In this document: in pieces, positions 63,089 through 64,000 of the stretch
Numbering within the stretch: position 1 is the first letter of the stretch
Layout of the letters: every line of letters begins with the position of its first letter
Assembly: GCF_001194135.2 (NCBI RefSeq)
Contig: NC_068998.1
Location: 2,202,433 to 2,266,432 of the forward strand
Length of the DNA stretch: 64,000 bases
Reading direction: 5' to 3'
Source of the DNA: Octopus bimaculoides
Lineage: Eukaryota
The notes under the pieces: model-generated
The model's input: the letters and a program-made list of their open reading frames with translations, nothing else
Database searches by the model: none
What the model was told of the DNA's origin: nothing
Translations under genes and position numbers: made by a program

Positions 63089-64000
63089 ATGAATATAGGA
63101 AGTTTTTTATATTTTATGTTATGGATCGTTTTTGCTCTGTGTAGTGTTGCTCTAAATATTTTCAATATTGACTGGCACAAGACAAGCATACCACAAGGTA
63201 TTATTCTTGTCATTGTGCTTGGAATCCTGCAAGGTTCTGTTTACGAATTTCCGGTGCAGACGATTGCTACATTGATTGTCGGCGGCAACAGAAGGAAAAA
63301 CCCAACGGCTGAAGGCGACAATTTAACGCTCATTCTCAACTATAACTTGTTAGCAGTTACAGTTGATGATATTGAAGAATGCTTCCAGACAATGTTTCAA
63401 GCATTCATGGGCAATTTATGTTTCAATGTATCTGCTGTTCTTGTCAGTGCAACTTCGAAAGAAGATCTCATATCATGTGAGTTAGAATGCCGTGATAAAT
63501 ACCGGAAGTTAATATACGATGAACTTTTCAAAGAAGGTGTCTGTTTCGCTAATGGCTACTATGACGATATCAATCAAGACCGTTTTAAGAACGTATGGAT
63601 GTATTTCCAATACTGTCCAGGGGATATTTTCATCCATCAACACCTTGATTCAATATGTGATCGATTTGCACGAGAATTTATGGTAATTCATCGCACCAGT
63701 AAAGTTTTACGTAAATGTGGACAATATCAAGATCTAATGTTGCTATCTGAGGGAGAATCTTTTGCTTACACATATACTGACATTGAATATTATGGAAAGA
63801 TGGCCCGTCCTTATAACCAGCCCACCTTTTACTATTCATCTGACGTGCAAAATATATTTAACCGGCGATTTGATTACACCTTAGTATTGGATGCCGATAC
63901 AGGGGTGCCGGATGGAACGGTAGAAAAACTTCTCGGAATAGCTGCAGCAAACCCAGAGAAAGGGATCATCCAACCATCTATAAAACTAAGTCGCGATGTA
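63089..64000 (+). CDS. Membrane GT2 glycosyltransferase, OpgH/MdoH-like; 5' part, truncated by window end
   Basis: 304 codons without a stop. First ATG after an in-frame TAA at 63044. Two hydrophobic segments (FLYFMLWIVFALCSVALNIF; GIILVIVLGILQGSV). Motifs FMVIHRTSKVLRKCGQYQDL, FDYTLVLDADTGV (DxD at 63890-63898) and ANPEKGIIQPS correspond to E. coli OpgH [33 protein letters not shown] and [11 protein letters not shown] (recalled from memory, not searched). Confidence 0.85.
   Translation, partial: MNIGSFLYFMLWIVFALCSVALNIFNIDWHKTSIPQGIILVIVLGILQGSVYEFPVQTIATLIVGGNRRKNPTAEGDNLTLILNYNLLAVTVDDIEECFQTMFQAFMGNLCFNVSAVLVSATSKEDLISCELECRDKYRKLIYDELFKEGVCFANGYYDDINQDRFKNVWMYFQYCPGDIFIHQHLDSICDRFAREFMVIHRTSKVLRKCGQYQDLMLLSEGESFAYTYTDIEYYGKMARPYNQPTFYYSSDVQNIFNRRFDYTLVLDADTGVPDGTVEKLLGIAAANPEKGIIQPSIKLSRDV

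Noticed and set aside
63089-64000. GT2 ORF as simple bacterial contamination
   Set aside because: Contiguous without gaps with host SINE, mariner and microsatellite sequence, AT-rich like the host, with no operon context. Not fully excluded without long reads.

Overview
AT-rich, microsatellite- and SINE-dense animal DNA with many N gaps. The SINE families and repeat landscape suggest an octopus (coleoid cephalopod) genome; this is inferred, not proven. (1) A + strand gene with two PH domains, orthologous to vertebrate TAPP1/TAPP2 (PLEKHA1/PLEKHA2). Ten phase-consistent coding exons from 11294 to 33386 give 286 aa. A further phase-consistent chain of candidate C-terminal exons runs to about 44 kb. 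(2) At the right edge, an uninterrupted ORF from 63089 runs off the window (304 codons seen; absent from the ORF track because it has no stop). It encodes two N-terminal hydrophobic segments and a GT2 domain whose motifs align with bacterial OpgH/MdoH (periplasmic beta-1,2-glucan synthase). It is embedded in host repeats and is the best candidate for an undescribed, possibly horizontally acquired, polysaccharide-synthesis gene. (3) Other features: mariner remnants and MITEs, piggyBac-like MITEs, a fold-back MITE, R4/Dong, CR1 and Penelope remnants (one with a hammerhead-ribozyme-like motif), several tRNA-derived SINE families, a pre-miRNA-like hairpin next to an NRF-1/CCAAT promoter-like site at about 54.2 kb, and a sharp change in CpG retention near 48.9 kb. 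Nearly all ORFs in the supplied track are microsatellite or gap artefacts.
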